From Candidatus Latescibacterota bacterium (GTDB lineage Bacteria; Latescibacterota; UBA2968; UBA8231), in NCBI GenBank assembly GCA_965204725.1, contig OZ242005.1, positions 1,472,001 through 1,536,000 on the forward strand: DNA of 64,000 nt. Reading direction: 5' to 3'. A program made the position numbers and the translations under genes. Of the stretch, positions 55,274 to 64,000 are shown in pieces; the stretch's first letter is position 1, and each line of letters starts with the position of its first letter. A model generated the notes under the pieces. It did not search any database, had not been told where the DNA came from, and saw only the letters and a list, made by a program, of their open reading frames with translations.

Positions 55274-56953
55274 ATGCGGTGGGTACTCGCGGTTGTTTGG
55301 ACGTTGGTAGGGTGCGCCAGCGAAAAGGCGCGGCCCCTTTTCGTGGATGTAGCGGCCGAAGCGGGCGTTGACTTGCGCACCGTATCGGGAACGCCGCAAA
55401 AGGAGCACATCGTCGAATGCAACACCGGCGGGACGGCCCTGTTCGACTACGACCTCGACGGCGACGTGGATATTTTCATCGTCAACGGCACCCGCCTCGC
55501 TGGATATGCCCCGGGCCGCGAACCCCGCGCCGAGCTGTACCGCAACGATGGGGCTTGGCGCTTTACGGGCGTGGGCCGCGAGGCGGGCGTCGCGCACGTG
55601 GGCTGGGGCATGGGGGTTGCGGCGACCGACTACAACGGGGATGGCTGGCCCGATCTGTACTTGGCCAACTTTGGCCCCAACGCCCTGTACGAAAACGAGG
55701 GCGACGGCACGTTCGTGGATGTGGCGGCCGAGCGGGGCGTCAACTTTAGCGGCTGGAGCTCGGCTGCGGCCTTTGGCGACTACGACCTCGATGGCGACTT
55801 GGACTTTTACTTGGCTAATTACATTGACTTTGACCCGGCGTTCCGGCCGGCCGATCCGAGCTTTTGCACTTGGCGCGGGCTGGATGTATTCTGCGGCCCT
55901 CGCGGGATGCCGGGCGAGCGGGATCACTTCTATCGCAACGACGGCCCCGACGCGGGTTGGGCCTTTGCCGAGGCGAGCGCGGCCATTGCCGACTACGAGT
56001 ACTATGGCTTTGCCGCGCTGGCCGGCGACTGGGACGAAGACGGCGACTTGGATATATACATTGCCAATGATTCGACGCCGAATGTGCTCTACCGCAACGA
56101 CCGGGGCGCGTTTGCCGACGTAGCGCTTTTGTCGGCGCTCGCGTACAGCGAGGACGGCCGCGAACAGGGCGGCATGGGCTTGGCGGCCGGGGACTATGAT
56201 CGCGACGGCGATTTCGACCTCTTTGTCACCAATTTTTCGCACGACAACAATGCGCTCTACGAGAACAAGGGCCGGGGGTTTTTCACCGACGTCAGCTTTA
56301 GTTCGGCCCTGGGTCGGGCGAGCATTAGCTCCTTGGGGTGGGGGACGGGTTTTTTCGATTACGACAACGATGGCGACGACGATTTGTTTGTCGCCAACGG
56401 CCACGTGTACCCGGCCGTTGACCGCGGCGACTTGGGGACCCGCTACGCCCAGCGCAACCATCTATTTGAGAATCGTGCGGGCACTTTCGCCGAGGTGGGT
56501 GCCGGCCCCGGCCTAGCGGTGGAAAAGTCGAGCCGCGGCTCGGCCTTTGGCGACTTGGACAACGACGGCGACTTGGACATCGTGGTTGTCAATATCGACG
56601 ACACGCCGACCTTGCTGCGCAACGACGGGGGCAATCGCCACAACTACCTGATGGTGCGGCTCATGGGTACAGGCGGCAATTTAGACGCGATTGGGGCGCG
56701 GGTCGCGGTGGTGGTGGGCGGGGCGGTGCAGATGCGGGAGCTACGCGCCGGCACCGGGTATCTGTCGCAGGACGACCTGCGGCTACACTTCGGCTTGGGG
56801 TCGGCGACCGAGGCCGATTCCCTCGTGGTGCGCTGGCCCGATGGGATGGAGGAGCGCATCGACCGGGTGGCGGGCAACCGGCTGATCACCATTCGGCGCG
56901 GCGCGGGCCTCATCGCCGAGGGGTTTGGGCCTGTACCGAGGCCGGGGCTGTGA
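55274..56953 (+). CDS. CRTAC1-family protein (FG-GAP/VCBS repeats + ASPIC/UnbV)
   Basis: Repeated DYDLDGDxD motifs; SRGSAFGDLDNDGDLD; DAIGARV, GYLSQ, LHFGLG, VRWPDG. Confidence 0.9.
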   Translation: MRWVLAVVWTLVGCASEKARPLFVDVAAEAGVDLRTVSGTPQKEHIVECNTGGTALFDYDLDGDVDIFIVNGTRLAGYAPGREPRAELYRNDGAWRFTGVGREAGVAHVGWGMGVAATDYNGDGWPDLYLANFGPNALYENEGDGTFVDVAAERGVNFSGWSSAAAFGDYDLDGDLDFYLANYIDFDPAFRPADPSFCTWRGLDVFCGPRGMPGERDHFYRNDGPDAGWAFAEASAAIADYEYYGFAALAGDWDEDGDLDIYIANDSTPNVLYRNDRGAFADVALLSALAYSEDGREQGGMGLAAGDYDRDGDFDLFVTNFSHDNNALYENKGRGFFTDVSFSSALGRASISSLGWGTGFFDYDNDGDDDLFVANGHVYPAVDRGDLGTRYAQRNHLFENRAGTFAEVGAGPGLAVEKSSRGSAFGDLDNDGDLDIVVVNIDDTPTLLRNDGGNRHNYLMVRLMGTGGNLDAIGARVAVVVGGAVQMRELRAGTGYLSQDDLRLHFGLGSATEADSLVVRWPDGMEERIDRVAGNRLITIRRGAGLIAEGFGPVPRPGL

Positions 56954-58569
56954 AGGTGCGCTACGGAATGGTGCTGCTATTTTGTTGCAGTGCGGCGGCG
57001 GACTCGCGTTTTGTCGATGTCGCGCAATCGGCTGGGATTGATTTCGTCCATCGCAGCGGCGCGACCGGGGCGCGCTATTTGCCCGAGACTTATGGCTCTG
57101 GGGCTGCGTTTTTGGACTTTGACGGCGATGGGGCGCTCGATCTCTACTTGGTCAACTCCGGGCGGCTGCCCGCGCTCTCAACCGCGCCCGTAGCGGCCAA
57201 CGCGCTCTATCGCAACGAGGGCGCGGGCCGCTTCTCCGCGCAGAACGCCGGCGTCGGCGACCGCGGCTACGGCATGGGCGCGACCGTCGGCGACTTTGAC
57301 AACGACGGCTGGGCCGACCTCTACGTCACCAATTTTGGCCCCAACGCGCTCTTCCACAATCGCGGTGCGGGCCGCTTTGCCGACGTCACTACCTCCGCCG
57401 GTGTGGGGTGCCCGCGCTGGGGGACGAGCGCGGCCTTTGCCGATGTGGATCTCGACGGGGATTTGGACTTATTCGTCGGCAACTACCTCGACTATCCAAC
57501 CGCAGATCCGCTCGTGTGCCGGGTTGGCACTAGCGAGGAGCGGCTCTATTGCGACCCGCGCAAGTTCGGCGGCGCGGTCGATCGCCTCTATATCAATCAA
57601 CGAGGAGCCTTTGCCGACCGCACGGCGGCCTTTGGGCTGGTCAGCACGGCCGGCAAGGAGCTGGGAGTCGTCTTTGGCGACTACGACCAAGACGGCGATC
57701 CAGACCTGTACTTGGCCAACGACCTCGTGCCCAACATACTCTACCGCAACGACGGCGCGCGCTTTGTCGATCGCGGGCTGGCCAGCGGTACGAGCCTCAA
57801 TGGCGAAGGGGGCGTTGAGGCCGGGATGGGGGTTGACATGGCCGATGCCGATGGCGATGGCTACTTGGATTTGTTCGTGACCAACTTCCAGTGGGAGAGC
57901 AACACCCTGTACCGCAACTTGGGCGGAACGTTCTTTGCCGACGCGACCGTGGCGGCCGGTATCACCCGCGCCAGCATGGCCTTTTTGGGGTTTGGCACGG
58001 GGTTTTTCGATTTCGACAACGACGGCGATCTCGATTTGTTCGTCGCCAATGGCCACGTGTACGACAATGTGGAAAAGGTCGATCGGGCGGCTGAATACGC
58101 CCAGCGCAACCAGCTTTTGGAAAACGTCGGCGCGGGCACTTTTGTCGACCGCGGCGACCTCGGCCCGGGCCTCTCGCTCGTGCAGGTCAGTCGCGGCAGT
58201 GCCTTCGGCGACATCGACGGCGACGGCGACTTGGATATTGCGGTGAACAACTCCAACGATCGGCCGGCCCTCTTGCGCAACGATGCGAACGGCGGGGGTT
58301 GGTTGGGGCTTAGGTTGCAGGGCGCGGCGAGCAATCGCGACGCCATTGGGGCGCGGGTTGAGCTGACGACCGGCGGCCGCACCCTCGTGCGCGAGGTGCG
58401 CCGCAACGCGAGCTATCTATCGTCGCACGACCCCCGCGTGCTCTTTGGCCTCGGAAACGCCGAGGTTGCCGAGCGCGTGGAGATTCGCTGGCCGTCCGGT
58501 GTCGTCCAAGTCGTCGAGGCCCTGCCGGGGCGACAATACGTGGTCATACAGGAGGAGGCGAGCCGGTGA
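56950..58569 (+). CDS. CRTAC1-family protein (FG-GAP + ASPIC/UnbV), paralog
   Basis: Same motif set: NRDAIGARV, SYLSS, FGLG, IRWPSG. Confidence 0.9.
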   Translation: MKVRYGMVLLFCCSAAADSRFVDVAQSAGIDFVHRSGATGARYLPETYGSGAAFLDFDGDGALDLYLVNSGRLPALSTAPVAANALYRNEGAGRFSAQNAGVGDRGYGMGATVGDFDNDGWADLYVTNFGPNALFHNRGAGRFADVTTSAGVGCPRWGTSAAFADVDLDGDLDLFVGNYLDYPTADPLVCRVGTSEERLYCDPRKFGGAVDRLYINQRGAFADRTAAFGLVSTAGKELGVVFGDYDQDGDPDLYLANDLVPNILYRNDGARFVDRGLASGTSLNGEGGVEAGMGVDMADADGDGYLDLFVTNFQWESNTLYRNLGGTFFADATVAAGITRASMAFLGFGTGFFDFDNDGDLDLFVANGHVYDNVEKVDRAAEYAQRNQLLENVGAGTFVDRGDLGPGLSLVQVSRGSAFGDIDGDGDLDIAVNNSNDRPALLRNDANGGGWLGLRLQGAASNRDAIGARVELTTGGRTLVREVRRNASYLSSHDPRVLFGLGNAEVAERVEIRWPSGVVQVVEALPGRQYVVIQEEASR

Positions 58570-59954
58570 TTACATGGGTTTCACTCGCACTCAGCGTCGC
58601 GCTGGTCGCTAGCTGCCAGCCCGAGCCCGAAGCGCCGCCCGAGCCGCCGGTAGTACAGCCGCCGCCGGTGGAGGACCCGCTGCTGGTTGGGCGCGCCCTA
58701 TTGCGGCAGAAGCGCTATGCGGACGCGCGGGCGGCGTACGAGCAAGCGCGGAAGCGCCATCCCCAGTCCGGCGAGGTGCTGGCTACGCTGGGCCGAATTC
58801 ACTTGGCCTTGGGCCAGCCCGACGAGGCGACCCAGTTCTACGAAATGGCCGTGGCCCTCGAAGCTGACCAGCCCGAATGGCTCGTTGCTTTGGGCAATGT
58901 GCATCTCAAGCTAAACCGCTACGACCAAGCCCACTCGGCGTTTGCCGCGGCCTTGGCCTTGGACTCGACCTACGCGCCGGCGCGGCGCAACAAGGCGGCG
59001 GTGTACAGCAAGCAAGGGCGCTTGGGCGACGCAGCGCACGAATACGAGCGTGCGTTGGCCTTGCGGCCCGAACACCTCCACACCCGCTTCAACCTCGGGC
59101 TGGTGTACGCCAGCTTGGGCCGCTATGCAGACGCCAGCGAGGCCCTGCAACAGGTCTTGGTCGCGGCGCCGGACAACGCCCGCGCCCTCTACGCGATGGG
59201 GGATATCTGGCTGCAAGAGGGCGACGACGAAAAAGCGGCCCAGTACTTCGAGCGTACGCTGGCCGCCGACACTACTTATGCGGAGGCGCACCTGCAACTG
59301 GGGCGGATTCAGATGCGCCAAAATGACCTCGCCGCGGCGGCCGATCGCTTCCGCCGAGCCATCCTCATTGAGCCGGGGCTGGCCGAGTCCTTCCGGCTGC
59401 TGGGCCAAATTCACCTGCGGCAGGGCCGTGCGAGGGCCGGCGAAAAATCCCTCGCGGCCTACGAAAAGATCAAGCAGGTCGAGGGGGAAATACAGCACTA
59501 CCGCGAGCGGCTGCGCAGCGATCCAGACGACGCCGAGGCGCATTACAGCTTGGGGTTTACCTACAATCGCTTGGGCTTTACTGGCGTGGCTCTGCCGCAC
59601 TACGCGCAGGCCGTGCGGATCAATCCCGCGCACGTGCGGGCGCTGAACAACATGGGCAACATCTTGTTGCGCACCGGCCATTTCGAGCAAGCAGCCGCGG
59701 CCTATCAGCAGATTATTGAGCAAGACCCCGAGCACGTGGCCGCCTTTGCCGCGCTCGGACAGGTGTATTTGAATCAGCAGCGCACGGACGAGGCCATCGC
59801 CATGCTCAACCGCGCCCTCGCGCTCGACGAAAACTGGCTCGGCGCTCACCACGCCTTGGCCGAAGCCTACAAGCGGCTGGGGCAGATCGCCAAAAGCGAA
59901 GAACACAACCGCATGGCCCAAGCCTTGCTTAGAAAGCGAAAAGATGACCAATAA
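58566..59954 (+). CDS. Tetratricopeptide repeat lipoprotein
   Basis: VASC lipobox, Pro-rich linker, many TPRs. Confidence 0.88.
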   Translation: MITWVSLALSVALVASCQPEPEAPPEPPVVQPPPVEDPLLVGRALLRQKRYADARAAYEQARKRHPQSGEVLATLGRIHLALGQPDEATQFYEMAVALEADQPEWLVALGNVHLKLNRYDQAHSAFAAALALDSTYAPARRNKAAVYSKQGRLGDAAHEYERALALRPEHLHTRFNLGLVYASLGRYADASEALQQVLVAAPDNARALYAMGDIWLQEGDDEKAAQYFERTLAADTTYAEAHLQLGRIQMRQNDLAAAADRFRRAILIEPGLAESFRLLGQIHLRQGRARAGEKSLAAYEKIKQVEGEIQHYRERLRSDPDDAEAHYSLGFTYNRLGFTGVALPHYAQAVRINPAHVRALNNMGNILLRTGHFEQAAAAYQQIIEQDPEHVAAFAALGQVYLNQQRTDEAIAMLNRALALDENWLGAHHALAEAYKRLGQIAKSEEHNRMAQALLRKRKDDQ

Positions 59955-61680
59955 CGCGAGAAAATGGGCGGGGCTCGTCGCCAGCGCGTGTCTTGTGTGC
60001 TGCGCCCAACCGCCGGCCGCCCCGGTCGCTGGGGGACTTAGTGTGACGGGCACCGCGTTGGCCCAAGTCGGCGACGACCCCATTGACGAGCGCGAGTTCC
60101 GCCGCTACGAGGCCGGGATCCAATCGCAGCACCGCTCGCTCGCCGAGGGCGTGAAGAAGCACCGCGAGCACCTGCTGACCTTGATCGACATCAAGCTCAT
60201 GGTGCGCGAAGCGTACGCGCGGGGGCTGGACCAAAATCCAGAGTGGGTTAAGGCCGTGTCGCTGGCTCGGCACAAGGCCATGGTCGAAGCCTATATACGC
60301 GAGCATGTCGGTCTGCAAATCGAGATTTCCGAAGACGAGCTGCGGGCCAATTTTGCCGCGCATCCGGCCCGCCACGCAGTGCGCGGGGCGCACATTCTGC
60401 TCGACAACCGCGCCCGCGCCGACTCCATCTACGCGGAGATCGAGGCCGGCCGGGCCACTTTTGAGGATATGGCGCGCCAGCATTCGCTGGACGAGGCGAC
60501 TGCGGCCGCTGGGGGCTGGTTTGCTTCGTACTACGCCTTCGACCGGGTCTCCGACCGAGTGTACGAGCGCGTGTTCTCGTTGGATGTCGGCGAGGTCAGC
60601 CCGCCGTTTCGTACGCCCCAAGGCTGGGAGATAGCCAAGGTCGTCGATAAGAAGGAGGTGTCTTTTGAACGGTACCGCTCGGTCATTCAGCGGGCTACTT
60701 TCTTGGAAAAAATCGAAAACTTGCGCAGCGACCACATCGCCGAGTTAGTCGCCGCGAGCGGCTTGCGGCCGGTGGCCGAGCAGGTGCGGCACTTTGTCGC
60801 GGCTTGGAACGAACAGCCGGGGTCGCCCCAGCTCGCGCCCGAAGAGTGGGCCGCGCCCCTGTATGAGTACGACGATGGCGTCATCAGTGTGCAGCAGGGC
60901 AGCTATTTGCTGCACAATACGCGGCTGGGCCATGCGCGCATCGACAGCGCTGTGCTCGACGACCGCATCCGCCGCCGGGGGGCACCGGACCTGCTCTTGG
61001 GCTTGGCGGCCGAGCGCGGTGGATACGCCGAGCGCGCCGAGGTGCAGGAGAAGGTGGAAGCCGAAAAGGAGCGGCTGCTGGTCCAAGCGCTGTGGGAAGC
61101 GTTGCTCGAAGGGAAGGCCCTCACGGTGAGCGAGGAGGAGGCCCGCGCCCACTACGAGGCGCACCCCGAGATGTACTGGGCGCCGGAGGAAATCGTCGTC
61201 CAAGAAATCATGGTGGCCGACGAGGGGCTCGCCCAAGAGTTGCTGGAGCAAATTCGCAACGGGGCCGACATGGCCGCGCTCGCCACCAAGCACAGCATCC
61301 GCCGCGACGCGGACGAAAACGGCGGCCTCTACGCGCTGCGCTCCTTTGAAAAGGTCGTTTATAAGGAGCTGATGGATGCGGCCATAGCCGCGCCGGAAAG
61401 GGAATTGCAGGGGCCGATTGAACTGGTCAGCCCCTTGCCTTCGTCCCTGCGCGACCCGCGTCCCTTAGAAAGGGCCTTTTCGATCTTCAGGGTTTTGCAG
61501 CACCGGCCCAAGCGGGTGCAAGAATACGACTTGAGCCAACAGAAGGCCCACTACTTGGCCCGGCAAGAAAAGCAGCAGCGCACCCTGCGCGACCTCAGCC
61601 TTGAGTTGCGAGACAAGTGGCACCATGAATGGGGCATCAATCCCGACGCGCTGGCCCAGTACGCGCAGGCTCAGCACTGA
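59944..61680 (+). CDS. Peptidyl-prolyl cis-trans isomerase (PrsA/SurA-like, two parvulin domains)
   Basis: HILL..FEDMARQHSLD..GG; GEVSPPFRTPQGW; second domain GADMAALATKHS..NGG. Confidence 0.8.
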   Translation: MTNNARKWAGLVASACLVCCAQPPAAPVAGGLSVTGTALAQVGDDPIDEREFRRYEAGIQSQHRSLAEGVKKHREHLLTLIDIKLMVREAYARGLDQNPEWVKAVSLARHKAMVEAYIREHVGLQIEISEDELRANFAAHPARHAVRGAHILLDNRARADSIYAEIEAGRATFEDMARQHSLDEATAAAGGWFASYYAFDRVSDRVYERVFSLDVGEVSPPFRTPQGWEIAKVVDKKEVSFERYRSVIQRATFLEKIENLRSDHIAELVAASGLRPVAEQVRHFVAAWNEQPGSPQLAPEEWAAPLYEYDDGVISVQQGSYLLHNTRLGHARIDSAVLDDRIRRRGAPDLLLGLAAERGGYAERAEVQEKVEAEKERLLVQALWEALLEGKALTVSEEEARAHYEAHPEMYWAPEEIVVQEIMVADEGLAQELLEQIRNGADMAALATKHSIRRDADENGGLYALRSFEKVVYKELMDAAIAAPERELQGPIELVSPLPSSLRDPRPLERAFSIFRVLQHRPKRVQEYDLSQQKAHYLARQEKQQRTLRDLSLELRDKWHHEWGINPDALAQYAQAQH

Positions 61681-61745
61681 TGTAGAGAAAACAGGGCCGA
61701 TTTGTTAAATTTTTTTACTACACGACACCCGCCCTCCGCCTGCCT

Positions 61746-61774
61746 GGGATCGAGGGCGGGACGCCCTCGATCCC
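61746..61774. repeat. GC-rich palindrome (REP-like hairpin)
   Basis: 13-bp perfect stem GGGATCGAGGGCG/CGCCCTCGATCCC with a 3-nt loop. Confidence 0.6.
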
Positions 61775-61859
61775 GGGTGCAACGGGAACACCCGAAAAGG
61801 TGGACGCAAAGCAAGGGTCGCGTACTTGGAATTTTTATATTGCTAGCAGGAGGAAATGT

Positions 61860-63902
61860 ATGAAACGTCCAAATTTGTGGCTTTGGTTTTTTGCGGTCGC
61901 ATCGGCGACGGGTGCGGCGGCCGACATTTCTTTGTGGAAGATCGGGGGAAACGGCCTCCGCTGGGCCGATAGCGACTCGGCCCAAGTCATGATCGACTTT
62001 GCCGGGCCGCACAACTCAATCCAGCCGGTGCTGGTCCGCGCCGATACAACCGTCTTTCCCCTGCTCGGCAACTGGTCGCCGAAAAAGAATCCAGACGAGC
62101 TGGGGTTTGTCGATGGCGAGCGTCCTCGCGCTTGGAAGGGCTGCTGCGGCACCTCTTCGACGGTTGACAACGCGCTCAACCTCATTGACGGCAGCGGCGC
62201 CACGTACAATCCGGTCACCAGCAACAGCATTGGCGGCGAGTACTATACCATTGATTTGGGCGTGCCCGTCCCCCTGTTTCGCTTTGCCATGACGACGCCA
62301 GACCGGGGGTTTTTTCGCTCGGACGGGACGCCGCTCGAAGAAGACGCGGTCCCGGCCTTTGAGGTGTCGATTGCCGCCGATACAAATCCCGATGTGCTGA
62401 ATACGGCCAACCCCATCGGCACCGTCATCGCCGAAGCGCGGGAGAATGTCTCCGCCAAAATCTCGGCCAACTTTCCGCTGCAATACGTGCGCTACGTGCG
62501 CTACAAGCGCAAGAATTCAATTCTCGACGAGGCGACGAACCAGTCGTCCGGGCATTCGGGCACCGCGCGTAAGGGGACGGTGGCCGAGTTTTTTCTCTGG
62601 GGCGAGGGCATCCCCAAGCGGGCCACCTATAAGACGACCATTTTCGACCTCGGCCCGGTCGTCAACTTAGGTCGGCTGTTCTGGCAGGCCACGCCCATGC
62701 GCCTAGTGGACGGCGTGGCCGAGGAAGCCCCGGACGCCAACGTGTGGGTCGAAGTGGAAGCGCGCACCGGGATCGACGCGAGTCCCGACATTTATTACGA
62801 GTACACGGATATGGGGACGCGCGTCGTGGTGGAGCAGGGCCGCTATCAGGGCGTGCTGAAAAACCAGAGTGCGCCCGTGACCAATGCCGATGGCTTGGGA
62901 GGCACCCTGACCCTTTCCACGCGGCCCAAACCGGGCATCCGCGCCGGCATTGAGTACGACCAACAAAACTGGACGTTTTGGTCCTTTCCCACGACCGAGT
63001 CCGACCGGCCCCTCAACCTCAACCGAGGGTCGCATTTGCAGGTCAAGGTGGTGCTGCACAGCGAGCGGTTCGACGAGTTTGTGCGCCTCGATTCCCTGTG
63101 GATTGAGACCTCGCCGACCTTGGCCCGGCGCGTCGTGGCCGAGGTGGCCGAGCTCGCCCAGCCCAATCCGGTGCGCGGCGTGGCCGAGGTGGCCTTGGGC
63201 GAGAGGACGGACTTCGCCTACGACATCCAAGCGGAATTCGCCGCCAGCGAGGTGGGGTTTGACGCCCTGCGGATTCGCACCGGCAGCCCCCAGACCGAGT
63301 TCAAGGGGCTAGAAGTGAATGGGGTCGCCACCGATCCGGCCGGGGTGGAGGTTGTAGGAGACGACTTTGTCGTGCAACTGCCGCAGCGCGTGAGCCGCGC
63401 GTACAACCCGAGCTTGCGGGTGATCTTTGCCGCCGAGGTCTTCGACTTTGCCCACACCTTTGGCGGCGAGGTCTTCAACGCCGGTAGCACAGACCTGCCG
63501 CAGCCGGTTGAGGGCGGGGACGTCAGCGCCGCAATCGGCACCAATAGCCTGCGGGTCTTGGCGGCCAGCGCGGCCAATCCGCAGTTGGTTCAGGACGTGC
63601 AGTTTTCCAGCGGCGTGGTCACGCCCAACGGCGACGGGGTCAACGACGAGTTGGTCATTTCCTACGCCCTGTTCGCGCTGCCGCAATCGGTGCCGGTGCG
63701 GTTGCAGGTGTTTTCGCTGGACGGCCGCCGGGTGGCGCAAGTCGAGCGCGGCCAGCAGGGGTCCGGCCCCCAGCGCTTGCAATGGAACGGCCGCGACCAG
63801 CGCGGTGCCATGCTCGCTCCGGGCCTTTATCTGTTGGGCATCGGCATTGAGGCCGAAGACAAGAGCGGCCTCCAACTGCGGCCCATTAACCTCGCGTATT
63901 GA
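61860..63902 (+). CDS. Secreted protein with C-terminal TPNGDG/FlgD-Ig domain (paralog of 49349-51310)
   Basis: AGGAGG RBS; signal peptide; IFDLG..WTFWS; VTPNGDGVND, FSLDGRRV, WNGRDQRG..PGLY. Confidence 0.8.
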   Translation: MKRPNLWLWFFAVASATGAAADISLWKIGGNGLRWADSDSAQVMIDFAGPHNSIQPVLVRADTTVFPLLGNWSPKKNPDELGFVDGERPRAWKGCCGTSSTVDNALNLIDGSGATYNPVTSNSIGGEYYTIDLGVPVPLFRFAMTTPDRGFFRSDGTPLEEDAVPAFEVSIAADTNPDVLNTANPIGTVIAEARENVSAKISANFPLQYVRYVRYKRKNSILDEATNQSSGHSGTARKGTVAEFFLWGEGIPKRATYKTTIFDLGPVVNLGRLFWQATPMRLVDGVAEEAPDANVWVEVEARTGIDASPDIYYEYTDMGTRVVVEQGRYQGVLKNQSAPVTNADGLGGTLTLSTRPKPGIRAGIEYDQQNWTFWSFPTTESDRPLNLNRGSHLQVKVVLHSERFDEFVRLDSLWIETSPTLARRVVAEVAELAQPNPVRGVAEVALGERTDFAYDIQAEFAASEVGFDALRIRTGSPQTEFKGLEVNGVATDPAGVEVVGDDFVVQLPQRVSRAYNPSLRVIFAAEVFDFAHTFGGEVFNAGSTDLPQPVEGGDVSAAIGTNSLRVLAASAANPQLVQDVQFSSGVVTPNGDGVNDELVISYALFALPQSVPVRLQVFSLDGRRVAQVERGQQGSGPQRLQWNGRDQRGAMLAPGLYLLGIGIEAEDKSGLQLRPINLAY

Positions 63903-63913
63903 GGAAAGCACTC

Positions 63914-64000
63914 ATGTACAATCGCGCCATTGCGTTCGCGTTGCTGCTTATCGGCCCGGTCCGCGCTGAGTTTCTCACCTTTGACAACCGGGCCGCTTGG
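63914..64000 (+). CDS. 5' end of a secreted protein (truncated by window)
   Basis: GAGGA RBS; MYNRAIAFALLLIGPVRAEFLTFDNRAAW, signal peptide-like. Confidence 0.6.
   Translation, partial: MYNRAIAFALLLIGPVRAEFLTFDNRAAW

Noticed and set aside
55274-58569. DxDxDGD repeats as a novel repeat
   Set aside because: Standard FG-GAP/VCBS repeats of CRTAC1-family proteins.

Overview
GC-rich bacterial DNA. The gene content (C-terminal 'SVEADSWGRIKS' motif, FlgD-Ig/'FTPNGDGVND' proteins, CRTAC1/ASPIC-UnbV pairs) suggests a Latescibacterota/Handelsmanbacteria-like FCB organism; this is inference. The dominant feature spans 1-30260: a head-to-tail array of at least 15 paralogous ~2-kb minus-strand genes, the first cut by the window edge. 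Each encodes a GT-C-like (ArnT/PMT_2-type) polytopic membrane protein fused to a ~110-aa Cys-pair C-terminal domain. The copies share a conserved scaffold, vary strongly at the same short loops, swap blocks in a mosaic pattern between non-adjacent copies, and three have a duplicated C-terminal domain. Divergently transcribed from it are SGNH, YfhO and DUF2723-TPR genes (further envelope glycosylation), a PTS EIIA gene, and a three-part UvrD-like helicase/PD-(D/E)XK nuclease set interrupted by NYN and orphan toxin-antitoxin-type genes. A carbohydrate ABC importer with unusual insertions follows. The window ends with a cell-envelope/secreted-protein cluster: WGRIK-tailed protein, lipoprotein, FlgD-CTD proteins, probable beta-barrel, TPR, CRTAC1 and PPIase. 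No rRNA, tRNA, CRISPR array, transposase, integrase or reverse transcriptase was recognised. All calls come from reading the sequence; no database searches were run.
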